Assembly: GCA_951406725.2 (NCBI GenBank)
Contig: OX597816.1
Span: 100,316,001 to 100,380,000, forward strand
Origin: Octopus vulgaris
Taxonomy: Eukaryota
Direction of reading: 5' to 3'
DNA: 64,000 nucleotides
Below are positions 41,140 to 54,600 of the stretch, in pieces. Every line of letters starts with the position of its first letter. The stretch's first letter is position 1. Under the pieces are notes generated by a model, which was given only the letters and a program-made list of their open reading frames with translations, was not told the DNA's origin and ran no database searches. A program made the translations under genes and the position numbers.

Positions 41140-41660
41140 TTTCAAATTTTGGCACAAGGTTAGCAAATTCAGTGGAGTGGCTGAGTCAATTAGATGGAAC
41201 CTAGTGTTGAACTGATGCTTATTTCATTAACTCCAAAAGATAAAATGCGAAGTCAACCTTTTAACTCAGAGTGTAAAGATGGAAAAGTTGCAACTGAGCA
41301 TTTTGCCTGGTGTGCTTATGATTCTACCAGCTCACTGCCTTTTGCTTACTAGATATTAACATGATGTATCAAATAGCTTTGTATATAAGTTACCAGAATT
41401 TTTATGCAAGTATCAGTTTTCTATAGTTTATACATAGGCTAATTGGCATTGATGTTTGAAAGTTAGGCAGAATGTTATAAGGTGTTTTTCCAGCTCTTTG
41501 CATTCTCAGTGCAAATCCCACCTAGGTCAACTTTGGTTTTCATTCTTCCAGGGTCCGTGAAATAAAGTACCAGGCAAGGATGATATTTTAGTGGTTAATG
41601 GAACTGACTAACACACTCTCCTTAAAATTGCTGGCTTTGAGCCAAAATTTCAACAAAAAT
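41140..41660. mobile_element. Two head-to-head copies of the same SINE family as 37877 (minus about 41140-41342, plus about 41440-41660)
   Basis: Both carry the caaat..ggtcaac..tttcat..ggggtc..aaataaagtacc core and the aaaattt tail in opposite orientations. Confidence 0.6.
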
Positions 41661-42646
41661 TTGGAGGATGTTTCCATGGTTTCTGAAAGTTTGGGGCTAT
41701 TTGTAGTGAGTTTGTCTTTTGTAGGGAAACAATCATGTGTTCAGTTTCAACCGTGCATTGTGCAAAGCTCCTGTAGCTGTGACACAACTAGGTCGATATC
41801 ATGGGAGACTTGTAGTGCTACAATCTGTCATGGTCTACCTTGATATGTATACACAGCGTCATGTAAAAAGCACTCATGCCAGTGCCTTATCGATGTACTT
41901 ACACAATGCCACATAAAAGCACCCAGCACACTGTAAAGTGGTTGGCATTAGGAGGGGCACCCAGCGATAGAAACCATGCCACTATCTGTATTCCTATACC
42001 ATACTTTAACCTCTAAACACTTGACAAAAAGCTACATTTCTCTATTCTACTTACCCACTTATTCTAGAGGCTTGTGTTGTGAGTTACTTGATAACCTCAC
42101 TACTGCTGGTGCCATGTAAAAATGCACCCAGATCACTCTGTAAAGTGGTTGGCTTAAGGAAGGGTTTTCTGTTGTAGAAACATTTCCCCTGTCAAATCTG
42201 TCTTTTATCAACTGCAAATTCGTCATTGCCAGCCTGAATTTCATTATTTTTAGTCTTCGTTACGTTGTTGATTAGCTCAATTCTGTCATTGTAAACTTAA
42301 ATGTCATCACTGTTAAATGGAGTAATTTTTTTTTATGGAAAGACATTGATATCGGTGATTACTTGTGCAGAATTGTAAATGAATGTAAATGTTAAAGAAT
42401 CTTATAAAGGATTATAAGTTTGGCATAATAAAAACTGTACCTGACATTACCATAAATGTACATTAGATATAAGTACTACACAACATACATATACAACAAA
42501 AACATACATATACAACAAAAAAAAAGGCAAAAATAAATAACATTTATTTAACTTTTTATCCATTATTCCTATTTCTTAATTTTCTTTGAGAAATAGAGTA
42601 CTATCATATTCAATAATCAAAGTTAGTTGGGTGTCAATTATTACAT

Positions 42647-43958
42647 ACTAGCAGAGATACCTGGCATTGCCTGTGTTACATGCAATTGAAGAATTATACT
42701 TTTCAGTTATATTTTCTGTATTGAACTGGAATATCTATGTTTCGAATTTCATCAAAATTGCAGATGAGGGTTATTTCCCTCTTTACACACCATAAAAAAA
42801 ATTGTAATCATGCTACATGTATCCCATACTACTGATTTTTATGTGCATATTCCAAAATTCCAGTCTTATTGAACCTGTTAAAAGGATTTTGCACATGAAA
42901 AATGAAGTTCATGGAGCTCTAAAATGTGAGAATTTAGGCCCCTGTTGGGGGGGGGGGTCTTAATATCAAGCAGAGAAGTTGAATTGTTGAGTTTTAACTT
43001 GGGTCTTATATCTATTGTTTGAATTTCTTTGAAATAGGAAATATATGTTCACTGGGTTTGTAAAAAAGAGCAAAGCTACAGGAAACCAAAAGATGAATGC
43101 TCACAATAAGCAGTCAGCTGCCCTACTCTAGTCGTTACCACTCCCTATGTAGGATTCCTCACCATCCAAGTGACAGGCACAGCCGTAAGATGCATTACGA
43201 ATCTATAGCAATTGGAAGGGCGTGACCCTACTGAAATAAAGATTAACAACTGTGTGACGTGAGGGCTAAAGAGAAAAGAAAGTGTAACCTCTGGAGTTTG
43301 CAAATGACCACTATACTGATATGTAACTGTTTAGAATAAATTTACAATCTATAAACGTCTTTGAATAACCAGTTACTCATCTGGGAAGGCCTTGAAATCA
43401 ATGTTACCATCTGGGGACTATGTGTGACCCAGTAATAATAAAAAGACTGAAAGGAGGTCTGCAATCAAATAACTTTACTCAACACTTTGCAACTGAATCA
43501 GTGGAGGCAAAGATGCCTCTCATTTACTTGACAATTTATGCACCACATTGCAGAAATCACAATGTAAGTGTATGTCAATGCAAAGTGTTACACTCTTGTA
43601 CCATTGAATTACAAATGATGCTCATCTTTTATGCTTGGGTAACCCTACAGCCTTGATGAGTACAACTGTATTGATCTTTGCTTAGATAAAATGACAAAAT
43701 TGTGGGTGTTAAGTTCCCATAGAGGGGTCTTTCTAACTTATGAGATGAAATTTTATAAATATTACTTCATTTGTGTCTAATATCTGTGATTAAAATTTCA
43801 TGAACAGCAAAAATATATGAATTGTCATGTGGATGGCCCTTATGCATAGAATATAATTTCCAAATTTCATAAAGATCCATTCAGTACTTTTGACCTAGCT
43901 TTGGATCATAAAAGAAATGACTAAAATTTGGGAGTTAAGGCCCCCATTAGGGTGTTAC

Positions 43959-43991
<33 letters not shown>

Positions 43992-43996
43992 TGTAC

Positions 43997-44027
<31 letters not shown>

Positions 44028-44160
44028 TATGTACATATATATATATATATATATAGATAGATAGATAGATATAGATATACACACACACATAGCTAAATTG
44101 ATAGATACAACTGTGTGGACAAACAAAAATATGAGCCTAGTGCTTTTTTTATGTTGATAA
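42647..44160 (+). mobile_element. Probable Helitron/Helentron-related non-autonomous element
   Basis: Begins ACTAGCAGAGATACCTGGCATTGCC (second inverted copy of this end at about 57765-57793), with recurrent ..aatttcat.aaa.at.. units and a terminal microsatellite. Classification is by resemblance only. Confidence 0.45.
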
Positions 44161-45725
44161 GCCTGGTACTTATTCTATTAGCACAAGAGCAAATGAGCTA
44201 CCTCTCACTCCACATCATTCTTTTATCTCTTTCATGGACTAAAGTAGAATTACATCTTTACTGTTTACAGACAGGGTTTCATGAAACATATATATTTAGT
44301 ATGAAATATATTCATAATAAGTTTATGAATATACATTTCAGGTGTTATTTCTACATTATTTGTAAGTATATAATGAGAGTTGATACTTCTATATAAATTA
44401 GGCATACATTACAGTTTCTTTATAATGATGGGAGTAGTAAGAATAGTGAAATTTATCAATGGAGAATGTATTGTAAACTATCATTATGTTTGTTTTTCAT
44501 GAGGAGTGGATGGCACAAGAGAGGTATTTAGATATGATAGTAGATGGTATAGTAGAGAGTAGTGTCATAAGGAGATGGGAGTTCATTAGCATAAATAATA
44601 AAGGGTTTTGGAGAAAAGTAGTTATTTCATTAAATTAGAGGAAAAAATTAACTGAAGGGTTTTAAAAGTTTCTTTCTCATAACAGATGTCTATAATAATT
44701 AGAAATTAATATAATTAATCTATATTTTTTTGTCTTGCAAGGTACCATGTCAGTGATGGTGCCACATAAAAAGCACCCAGTATATTCTGTAAAATGGTTG
44801 GCAATATAAATTTCCATTATTCATTTAGGGTATGGAGCTAAAGTACCACAAAACATTTAATAGTAGTCTTTCAAACTCTAGTTTGACATGTATTGCAGGT
44901 ACATATATAGTAATAGAATTCCTAACTGATACCTTCATTACAAATCATCAATAATTTCTTTTTCATGGGAAACTATCCACTAGGACAGAAATAATTTAAA
45001 GAGATTTCAAGCATAACTTCATTGTTAAAGCTTCTGATAAAGGACAGAATTTATAAAAAGACATCTCAATATAGAGACCATTGTTACAAAATTATGAAAA
45101 TCACTTGGTAAAATTTGAATTTCCTTTCAGCATAGTAAGATAGCTTCAACTACAATAACAAATTGATGGTACAACTGTCAGACCAAGCTGACTGTCTTGA
45201 AAAGAATTGATTATCAACTTATTGGCTGATGTTTTTTTAATATCATTTAATCGATTCGAAAGTTTCTAATAATGTTACTTATAATATCACGAAGAAATTT
45301 AATGAAAGTTTTTTAAAAAAATCTATTATGCTTAACTTAAATATTTAAAGTTTAAATGTAGTCAGTAGGTAAGTGAGTTTAATGAATTAACATTGTTTCA
45401 CTTGCATAAAGCATAATTTCTTTTCCTGGACTGTATGAAATATTTCATTTCTAAATGGTGATTTCTAGTATTGTAACAAGGCTTTATAATTAGATTATAA
45501 TAAGAGATATAGGGGTACAGATGGTGTAATTGGTCTCAACATTTTATTGATATATTCGACCTTTGCTTTACAACTACTTCACTTTATGGGATACACTGAT
45601 AAAAATCATAGATATGCTCACTAATTTCCTCTTTCAATGTTTTAGTTATGATCAAAATAGTTAACAATTTGAAAAACTAATTATTACAATAAATGTGTGT
45701 GTGTACGCGTGTGTTTGTGTATAAT

Positions 45726-45778
<53 letters not shown>

Positions 45779-45781
<3 letters not shown>

Positions 45782-46215
45782 TTTTATTCTTTCACTGGTT
45801 TCAGCCAGAGGCTAGGTCCATGCTGGAGCACTGCCCTCCAGTATTGTTTTTGGTGAAGAAGCTAGTTGGATAAAGCTGCTCTTTGTGCCTCCTGCTGTGA
45901 TGTGAGCACATCTTGGATTACAGATAAAAATTTGTCCAGGTGCTTTTTGAACGTTTCCACATTTACACCATGCAGATCTCTTAGGGTCCTTGGCTGGATC
46001 GTAAACAGTTGTGGTCCCTTAAAACTCAAGCTGTTGCAGTACTAAGTCCTTATCTGAGATGAAGAAGATGATATCTTTGGTAGTATGCAGTGCCATCCAG
46101 TTTGGTGGTTGGTATAGCTTTTAATTCCAAAGTTGGGAGCTAGACCTTCCAGGATCTTTCATATGTATATCACTGCATGCCTTTCTCACATTCTCTCCAG
46201 GTAATAGAACTTCTG
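45779..46215 (-). mobile_element. Old CR1-type LINE 3' fragment
   Basis: The minus strand encodes decayed AVIYI.KILEGLAPNFGI..YCNSLSFKGPQLF..DLHGVNVETFK..LD; tail ggcagtgctccagcatgg..gctgaaacc, then (TA)n. Confidence 0.8.
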
Positions 46216-46225
46216 TTGTCCACAC

Positions 46226-46594
46226 TGGCATCGGTTGAACCGTTTGACCAGGTCTGACAAACTGTAAGGCTGCACCAGACCACAGTCTGATTTGGCATGG
46301 TTTATATGGCTGGATGCCCTTCTTTACACCATCCCCTCCAAGAGTGTGATGGGTGCTTTACATGCCACTGGCATGGGTACTATTTGCATGGCACGGATAT
46401 CTGCCACTACTGCGATTTTATTTGGCTTGATGGGTCTTCTTCTCAAGCACAACATAATGCTAAAGGTGTCGGTCATTGCCTTGTGAGGCCCAACACTCGA
46501 AAGGAACTCAGCTACTTTGCTTCCATGAGACCCAACACTTGAAAGGTGCTTTTTAACGTGCCACTGGCACAGGTGCCAGTTATGTGACACTAGC
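46226..46594 (-). mobile_element. Diverged RTE 3' UTR fragment
   Basis: ctggcatcggttgaaccgtttgac...ggctggatgcccttc... matches the RTE tail. Confidence 0.75.
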
Positions 46595-46599
46595 ATGTG

Positions 46600-46646
<47 letters not shown>

Positions 46647-47705
46647 GTGTGTGTGTATGTTTCTGTATGTTTTCTTGGGTAACGGGGTAATGTTTATCTA
46701 TGTACTTATCTATCTATCTACCTACCTTTATAAATGTATCTATCTTTCTGTCTCTTTTCTCACACTCTTTCACTTTTCGTTTTTATATATATATATATAT
46801 ATATCAAACTTCACCACCACCACTATCAATACCAAAAGCAATCAGCACCATTATCAACTCACCAAATTTTGAATAGCCAACGGGTAACAAGAAGAATAAT
46901 ATCAGCATGATAACAGTGTCTGCAGCTACATATTTTATATGTCAACACAGTGGTGTGGGTGCATGTACAGAGAGAGTGAGGAGAGACAAAAAGATAGAAA
47001 CATTTAAGATAGATAAATAAGTACATAGATATCTGTTGTTAGCAAGGTGGGTGCAGTTGAGTGAGGTTTTGCTGGCTCAAGTCAGAGTGCAAGGGGTCAA
47101 ATGCCCATGAACCTGCTAACCCTGTAATTATTCAGTACTTCTCACTTCCCTCCTTCCCCTCTTTGATCTTATTTCCATTATAACAGTCATATGACAGCTA
47201 AAGATGCCTGCAAAGAAGCCATCATGTTGAACTGAAGGTAGTAATTTTAAAAGAAACTGCAAAAGGATTACACTGAATACGAAGCTTGATGTTTAAAAAA
47301 AAACCTCGATGCAAGAGTAAAAGAATCAACCACATTACCAAATCATCATCTACTGTAGGAACAAAATTTGACAATAGAGAGAAGTTTAAGTGCTCAAAAA
47401 GTTACTTTGTAAACATCCTGAACCTTACTTTTTTCATAGATCTAATGCTATGTTTAAAATAGCCTCTTAAATGCATGAATCAAGGATCAAACTTGATGTA
47501 TTGTGCTAAGCACCATGGTAATGCAAAGATATATAGATATTGAAAGAAAGCCAATATTTTGTGTCAACACAATGGTGTGAGTGCATGTACAGAGAAAGAG
47601 AGAGAGAGAGTGGAAGGGGGTGATTGAGAGAAGTTTTTCTGACCCAAGTCAAAGTGCAAGGAATGAAATGCCCATGAACCTGATAACTTTGTAAATGGTA
47701 ATGCA

Positions 47706-47743
<38 letters not shown>

Positions 47744-47843
47744 ACATATTGGGTCTCACTCACATCTGTTTTCATTCCACCACTTCACTTTCTATTTCAT
47801 ATCTTCTCTAGAATAACTATTGCTGAACAATTTTCTCACACCA

Positions 47844-47890
47844 TCTCCAATGAAGGGATATATAAAATATCCCGGAAACAGCCTGTAAGA
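47844..47890 (+). ncRNA. Minimal hammerhead-ribozyme-like motif with a mutated core
   Basis: tct-CCAATGA-a-gggatat ataaa atatccc-g-GAAA-cagcctg-TA-aga. Perfect 7-bp stem II and a GUA triplet; the core differs from CTGATGA at two positions. Confidence 0.5.
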
Positions 47891-47941
47891 CATCCTCTTT
47901 ATAAATGTTCTGAAATCTTTCACAGCCTTGGATTTTTATCT

Positions 47942-47975
<34 letters not shown>

Positions 47976-47977
<2 letters not shown>

Positions 47978-48712
47978 CATCATCATCATCATCATCGTTT
48001 AACGTCCACTTTCCATGCTGGCATGGGTTGGACGGTTTGACTGAGGGCTGGCAAACCAGAATGCTGCACCAGGTTCCAATGCAATCTGGCAATGTTTCTA
48101 CAGCTGGATGCCCTTCCTAACACCAACCATTCCGAGAGTGTAGTGATTGTTTTTTTACTCACCACCAGCACAAAGGCCAGTCAGGTGGTACTGGCATCAG
48201 CCATGCTTGAATGGTGCTTTCTACATGGCACCGGCACAGGAGCCAGTCAGGCAGCATTGCCAATGATCAAGTTCATATGGTGCTTTTTACATGCTACCAG
48301 CATGGGACTAGTCAGGTGGCACTGTCATTGACAATGCATGAATGGTGTTTTTTAAGTGCCACAAGCATGGGTGCCAATCAGGTAGTACTGTCACTGGCCA
48401 CGACAGCAACTTCACTTGTCTCAACATGTCTTCGCAAGCATACAGTCTACATTTTACTTTGAGCGAGAGAACCTTTGTCACCAGCAGAGGTAGGAGCTCA
48501 CTGAATTTTGCCCAGGCTATTCTTATTCTAGCAGCTACACTCTCAGAGCAACTACCCCCACTACTGACTTGGTCACCTAAGTAACAGAAGCTATCAACTA
48601 CTTGTAGATTTTCCCCCTGGAATGGGACATGCTGTTTTCTGCACATTTTCAGTGTTTATTGCCCCTGAGCATTTGCCACATACAAAAACTATCTTCCCAG
48701 TTAGCCTTCCTT
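47976..48712 (-). mobile_element. RTE fragment with an internal deletion
   Basis: (CAT)n tail and 3' UTR array, then a direct jump at about 48437 into RT sequence (FQGENLQVVDSFCYLGDQ..RLY), skipping the last ~130 codons. Confidence 0.9.
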
Positions 48713-48743
48713 ACATATGTATATGTATGATATATGTGTATGC

Positions 48744-48780
<37 letters not shown>

Positions 48781-48786
48781 TATATG

Positions 48787-49873
48787 GAGTCACCTCAATG
48801 AAAACACAAAAAGTGAGCGGTGTTCCACAGAGCACTGTCTTGGGACCACTGCTTTTATAGTGGCCTTTTCAGATATGCCCTCAACTGCCGGGATGGCCAT
48901 TCTTGCTAGCTAAAATGGACAATATGGAAGTCTCACAGAAAATACAGAACCCCAGTGATGTTGCACATCTGCAGCTGGAGTTGGACTCAATTTACAGATG
49001 GGCCAAGGATAATAATATGCAGTTTAAGGCTCCAAAATTCCAAGCCCTGCACTACCAGCATCCAAAACTGAAAATGAAACTTACAGGGTACACTGGTCCA
49101 CAGGGAATTACAATCCCAGGGCCTAAATCAGTGAGGGACCTGGATATCGACATAAATGACGATACCTCTTTCTAAGTGCACATTACCAGAATGGCAACAA
49201 AGTGTAGACGACTGGCTGGATGGATCCTGAGAACATTCAAAACCAGAGAAAAGGAAGCCATGATGGTCCATCCTCTGGAGGACATTTGTCCTCAGCCACA
49301 TGGATTACCACTCCCAGCTATAGTAACCCAACAGTGTAAAATTAACAGTGGACCTTGAATCAATCCAGCAAAGCTTCACCAAGAAGATCATCTCTTTGCA
49401 ACAGCTCAGCTACTGGAGAAGGCTGAAAGAGCTAAGACTCTACTCCCTGGAGCGAAAGCAGGAGAAGTATGCAGTAATATACATCTGGAAGATCCTGGAA
49501 GGAATTGTGCCAAATTTTGGCATTGAAAGCTACACTAATGCCAGAACAGGTCGCCACCGCATAGTGCCAAAGATCCCAGCAATGCCATTGTACTTCAGGA
49601 CCACAGCTTTTTAATATTCTTAAGAGCCTGAGGAACCTGCAAAAATTGGATGTAGGCATTTTCAAATCAAGGCTGGACCTCTACCTGTCAAGAGTCCCAG
49701 ATGAACCTACCTCATGGCAAGAGATGCAAATGAGGGTAGCTACATCAAACTCCACTCTTCACCAAGTCAACATATTAGAGGAGGCTCTCTGTAAAAATAG
49801 TGTAGCAAAACGGCAGTGCTCCAGCATGACAAGACCTCTAAGCTGAAACTACAAAAAAAAGAAAGATAAAAGA
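48787..49873 (+). mobile_element. 5'-truncated CR1-group LINE (RT C-terminal half plus 3' UTR)
   Basis: GVPQSTVLGPLL; LQLELDSIYRWAKDNNMQF; WILRTF; [24 protein letters not shown]; multiple frameshifts; A-rich tail followed by (TA)n. Confidence 0.9.
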
Positions 49874-49915
49874 TATATATATATGTATGTATATATGTGT
49901 ATGTATATGTATACG

Positions 49916-49961
<46 letters not shown>

Positions 49962-50073
49962 AATATATGTATATATATATATATATGTATATATAAATAT
50001 ATGTATATATATATATATATATATGAATATATATAAATGTATATATATAAATGTATATATATATGGATATATA

Positions 50074-50825
50074 TGATTGATTGATTGATTGATTCTAGTT
50101 TCAGCTCATGGGCTGTGGCCATCCTGGGGCACCGCCATTTGGTGTTGCTACATGGTTTTACTTCACAAATGCTTTTTAGCAACTGCCATTTGGTGCATGA
50201 GAGAGTTCGATGCAGCTGCCCTCATCTGCACCTCCTGCCGTGAAGTTGGTTCATCTGGGATACCTGACAAGAAGAGATCCAGTTTCATTTTAAAGACATC
50301 TGCATCCACCCCATGCAGGTCTCTTAGGTTCTTCGGGAGGATATTGAAGAGCTGTGGGCCTCGGAAGCCCAGGCTATCACAGTATCTTGTCCTACATCTT
50401 GATGGCAAATTTGGAGTCCTTGGCACCATGCAGTGGCGCCCAGTTCTGGCATTTGTGTAACTCTCGATGCCAAAGTTTGGGACAAGTCCTTCCAGGATCT
50501 TCCAGATGTATATTATGGCATATCTTTCTCGCCTACGCTCCAAGGAATAGAGTTTTAATCTCTTGAGTCTTTCCCAGTAGCTTATATTCTGCACAGAGGC
50601 TATCTTCTTCGTGTAGCTACGTTGGATCGCCTCAAGTTCTGTGATCAACTTGACACTGGATGGTGACCATAGCTGAGAGCAATAGTCAAAGTGGCTTAGG
50701 ACAAGTGTCCTCCAGAGGACCATCATGGTTTCTTGTTCTCTTGTTCTAAAGGTTCTAAGAATCCATCCGGCCAGTCGTCTACATTTCATTGCCAATTTAG
50801 CAACATGTACACGAAAGGTTGCGTC

Positions 50826-50827
<2 letters not shown>
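50074..50827 (-). mobile_element. 5'-truncated CR1-group LINE, younger subfamily with an uninterrupted C-terminal frame
   Basis: [55 protein letters not shown].. open to the stop at 50163; (AATC)n tail; TA runs on both sides. Confidence 0.93.
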
Positions 50828-50883
<56 letters not shown>

Positions 50884-51118
50884 GTATATATATATGTATG
50901 TATGTATATATGTATGTATGTATGTATATGTATATATATATATATATATGTATGTGTATATATATGTATATATATATATATGTATGTGTATATATATGTA
51001 TGTGTATATATATGTATATATATATATGTATGTGTATATATATGTATGTATATATATATATGTATGTGTATATAGATGTATATATGTATGTGTATATATG
51101 TATATAGAAATATATATA

Positions 51119-51162
<44 letters not shown>

Positions 51163-51681
51163 TGTATATCGATTCTACATCTTGCTGACAAAACACTGAC
51201 TCGAAAAATGACCAGCTAAGCGAATTTAACTTACAACCTGTCATTCATATTCATTTTTTAAGCGTTGATTCGTAACTCTAAATCCCGTTTCTCTATTATT
51301 TATTTCGCCATCTTGTATGCATGGCTTCCTGTCTGTCATGCATTTTAAATTCCTCCTTTAATTTCAGTGTCATCCCGTTATTATTCCATTCCCAGAATTC
51401 ACTACAATATTCTCTCTCTCTCCTATTTATATTATGTTTTACTCGAACCCCGAAGTTTCTAGATGTTCGCAGAAAAATCCCTACGTATTAACTTAAAACC
51501 TGTTGTTCCTTCGAGACCTGTTGTTCCTTCGAGGTGACCCCGCCCTCCCACCCATCCACCAGAACCGGAAGTTTCTGTTTTCTATCTTTCTTGACCCCCC
51601 CGCACCCCTATATAGGGTTTATTGTGATCATATAGCGCAAAAACTGTGAAATTTATGCAGGTTGTAGTCTAGAGTCTCAGT

Positions 51682-54600
51682 ATGATATCTGGCAAATGCA
51701 AGCTTTCTTTTCAGGTACATAACACTGCTGTCCCTCATCCCAGGGTCTCAGAGGCCCACACCTCCCACACCCTCAGGGTGGGCACCCTCAACGTTGGCAC
51801 ATTGAAAGGTAGGTCTGGCGAGATAGTCGAGATGCTTGAACGGAGACGTGTTGATGTATGTTGTATGCAATAAATAAGGTGGAGAGGAGGATCTGCTAGG
51901 GTCCTCACAGGCAAGGAACACAGGTACAAGATTTTCTGGGCAGGGAACACTGACGGGGTTGGTGGCGTGGGTATACTTATCGCTGAGAAATGGATAGATA
52001 GAGTAATTGAGGTAATCAGAGTAAGTGACAGAATACTTAAGATTAGAATAGTGCTTCATAATAGATTAGCAACCATTATATCTGCCTATGCCCCTCAGCC
52101 AGGGCTACCCGATGGACAGAAAGACAGTTTCTATGACACCCTACTGCAGACCACCTCATTGACGAACGACAGGGACCTTCTCTTTGTGGCTGGTGATTTC
52201 AATGGGCATGTTGGACGACATGCTGGGGGCTTCCATGGCGTACATGGAGGCTACGGTTATGGTTCCCGCAACGAGGAGGGAACCAGGCTGCTGGAGTTCT
52301 GCGATGCGAATAGTCTTATGGTCTGCAACACTAACTTCAGGAAACCAACAAGCCACCTGGTCACCTACCGATCGGGCCGGCATACTAGCCAAATCGACTA
52401 CATCCTTGCCAGAAAAAGGGAAAGATGGCTGCTTATAAATGCCAAAACCTTCCCAGGCGAAGAATGCACCCCACAACATAGACTGGTAGTTAGTGACTTT
52501 AGGATCAGGACTAAGAGGGCGACTAGAAGACGACCAACATGGAGAAGAAGGGTCTGGAAGCTTAAAGACCCTGCGAATGGACAGAGATTTAGAGATATGT
52601 TACTTGAAGCCTTTGACGAAGTGGAAGGGGGTATAGCTACACATGGGGTAGAAGACAACTGGACGTCTCTGAGGGACAACCTGCTGAAAGCCGCTGACCA
52701 GATCTGTGGCTGGTGCAAAGTCCCCTTAAGACCCAAAATAACGTGGTGGTGGAACAATATTGTTGACAGGGCTATTAGACAAAAGAAACAGGCTTGGAAG
52801 GCCTGGAAGAACGGTGGTAGCAGGGAAGGGTATCAGACTGCCAGAAGGGAAGCTAGGAGACAGGTCTATCTAGCCAGAGGGGAAGCAGATAAGAGAAAAT
52901 TTGCCAATGTCCTGCGCCGTGAGGATGAAAGACTTGAGGTATTTCCTGTTGCAAGACAGTGTGTGAGAGAGAATCGTGATGTGGTAGGAGAGAAATGTGT
53001 TCGCATGGAGGATGGTTCACTTGCGCTAAATGAGGATGCAAAGAGAGAAGCTTGGAGACGCCACTATGAAAGGTTGCTGAATGAGGAAAATGAATGGGAT
53101 AAAGAGAGTCTGCCGAATGTTGACCCTACAGAGGGACCAGCTATCCGAGTTGATAGTTCCGTGGTAGCTAAGGCAATTAGAAGCATGAAGACAGGGAAAG
53201 CCCCAGGCCCATCAGGAATTACTGCAGAGATGCTCAAAATATCTGGCAGTGTCGGCTATAACCTAGTCACCCGTATAGTCAACCAGGTGATACACGAAGG
53301 AGTCATACCCAATGACTGGTGCAGCAGCATACTAGTCAACTTCTACAAAGGTAAAGGTGATGCCCTAGATACAAATAATTACAGAGGTATCAAGCTGTTG
53401 GATCAAGTAATGAAGGTTACGGAGAGGGTCATAGCCCAACTAATTAGAGAGAGAGTTAGTTTAGATGAGATGCAGTTTGGGTTCGTGCCAGGGAAAAGTA
53501 CCACTGATGCTATATTCCTGGTAAGGCAGCTGCAGGAGAAATACCTAGCCAAAGATAAGCCCCTGTACCTGGCTTTCGTTGACATGGAGAAAGCTTTTGA
53601 TAGGGTCCCCCGATCCCTTATCTGGTGGTCAATGAGGAAACTAGGGATAGATGAATGGCTGGTGAGGACTGTGCAAGCCATGTACAGAGATGCCGTAAGT
53701 AAGGTTAGGGTTGGCAACATGTACACAGAAGAATTCAAAGTAGAGGTTGGGGTCCACCAGGGTTCAGTACTCAGCCCCCTCCTATTTATCATAGTACTCC
53801 AGGCAATTACGGAGGAATTCAAGACAGGCTGTCCCTGGGAGCTCCTCTACGCTGACGACCGTGCTCTTATTGCTGAGTCACTATCAGAACTGGAGGAGAA
53901 GTTCCAGGTGTGGAAGGAGGGTTTAGAATCAAGGGGCCTTAGAGTCAACCTAGCTAAAACCAAAGTACTAATAAGTAGAAAGGTAGACAATCCACAAATA
54001 TCTTCAGGAAGATGGCCCTGCTCGATCTGTAGAAAAGGTGTAGGTAGAAACTCTATAAGATGTACCCAGTGTAAGCTATGGACACATAAGAGGTGCAGCA
54101 ATGTCAAAGGTAGGCTAACTGGGAAGATAGTTTTTGTATGTGGCAGATGCTCGGGAGCTTTAACCTCCGAAAATCTGCAGAAAACAACTTCCGTCACTTT
54201 CCAGGGGGAAAAACTAGAAGTAGTTGATAGCTTCCATTATCTAGGTGACCAAGTCAGCAGTGGGGGTGGGTGTGCTGAAAGTGTAACTGCTAGAATAAGA
54301 ATAGCCTGGGCAAAGTTTAGGGAGCTCTTACCTCTGCTGGTGACTAAAGGCCTCTCGCTCAGAGTAAAAGGCAGACTGTATGATGCGTGTGTACGAACAG
54401 CCATGCTACATGGCAGCGAAACATGGGCCGTGACTGCTGAGGACATGCGTAAGCTCGTGAGGAATGAAGCCAGTATGCTCCGATGGATGTGTAATGTCAG
54501 TATACATACTCGACAGAGCGTTAGCACCTTGAGAGAAATGTTGTACCTAAGAAGCATCAGTTGTGGTGTGCAAGAGAGACGATTGCGCTGGTATGGTCAT

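Noticed and set aside
50163-51191. 342-aa ORF as a novel fusion protein
   Set aside because: Chance in-frame join of a TA microsatellite to a truncated CR1 RT C-terminus.
51170-51680. HDV-like ribozyme at the RTE 5' end (known in some RTEs)
   Set aside because: Could not identify the nested double pseudoknot by eye; needs a structure-descriptor search.
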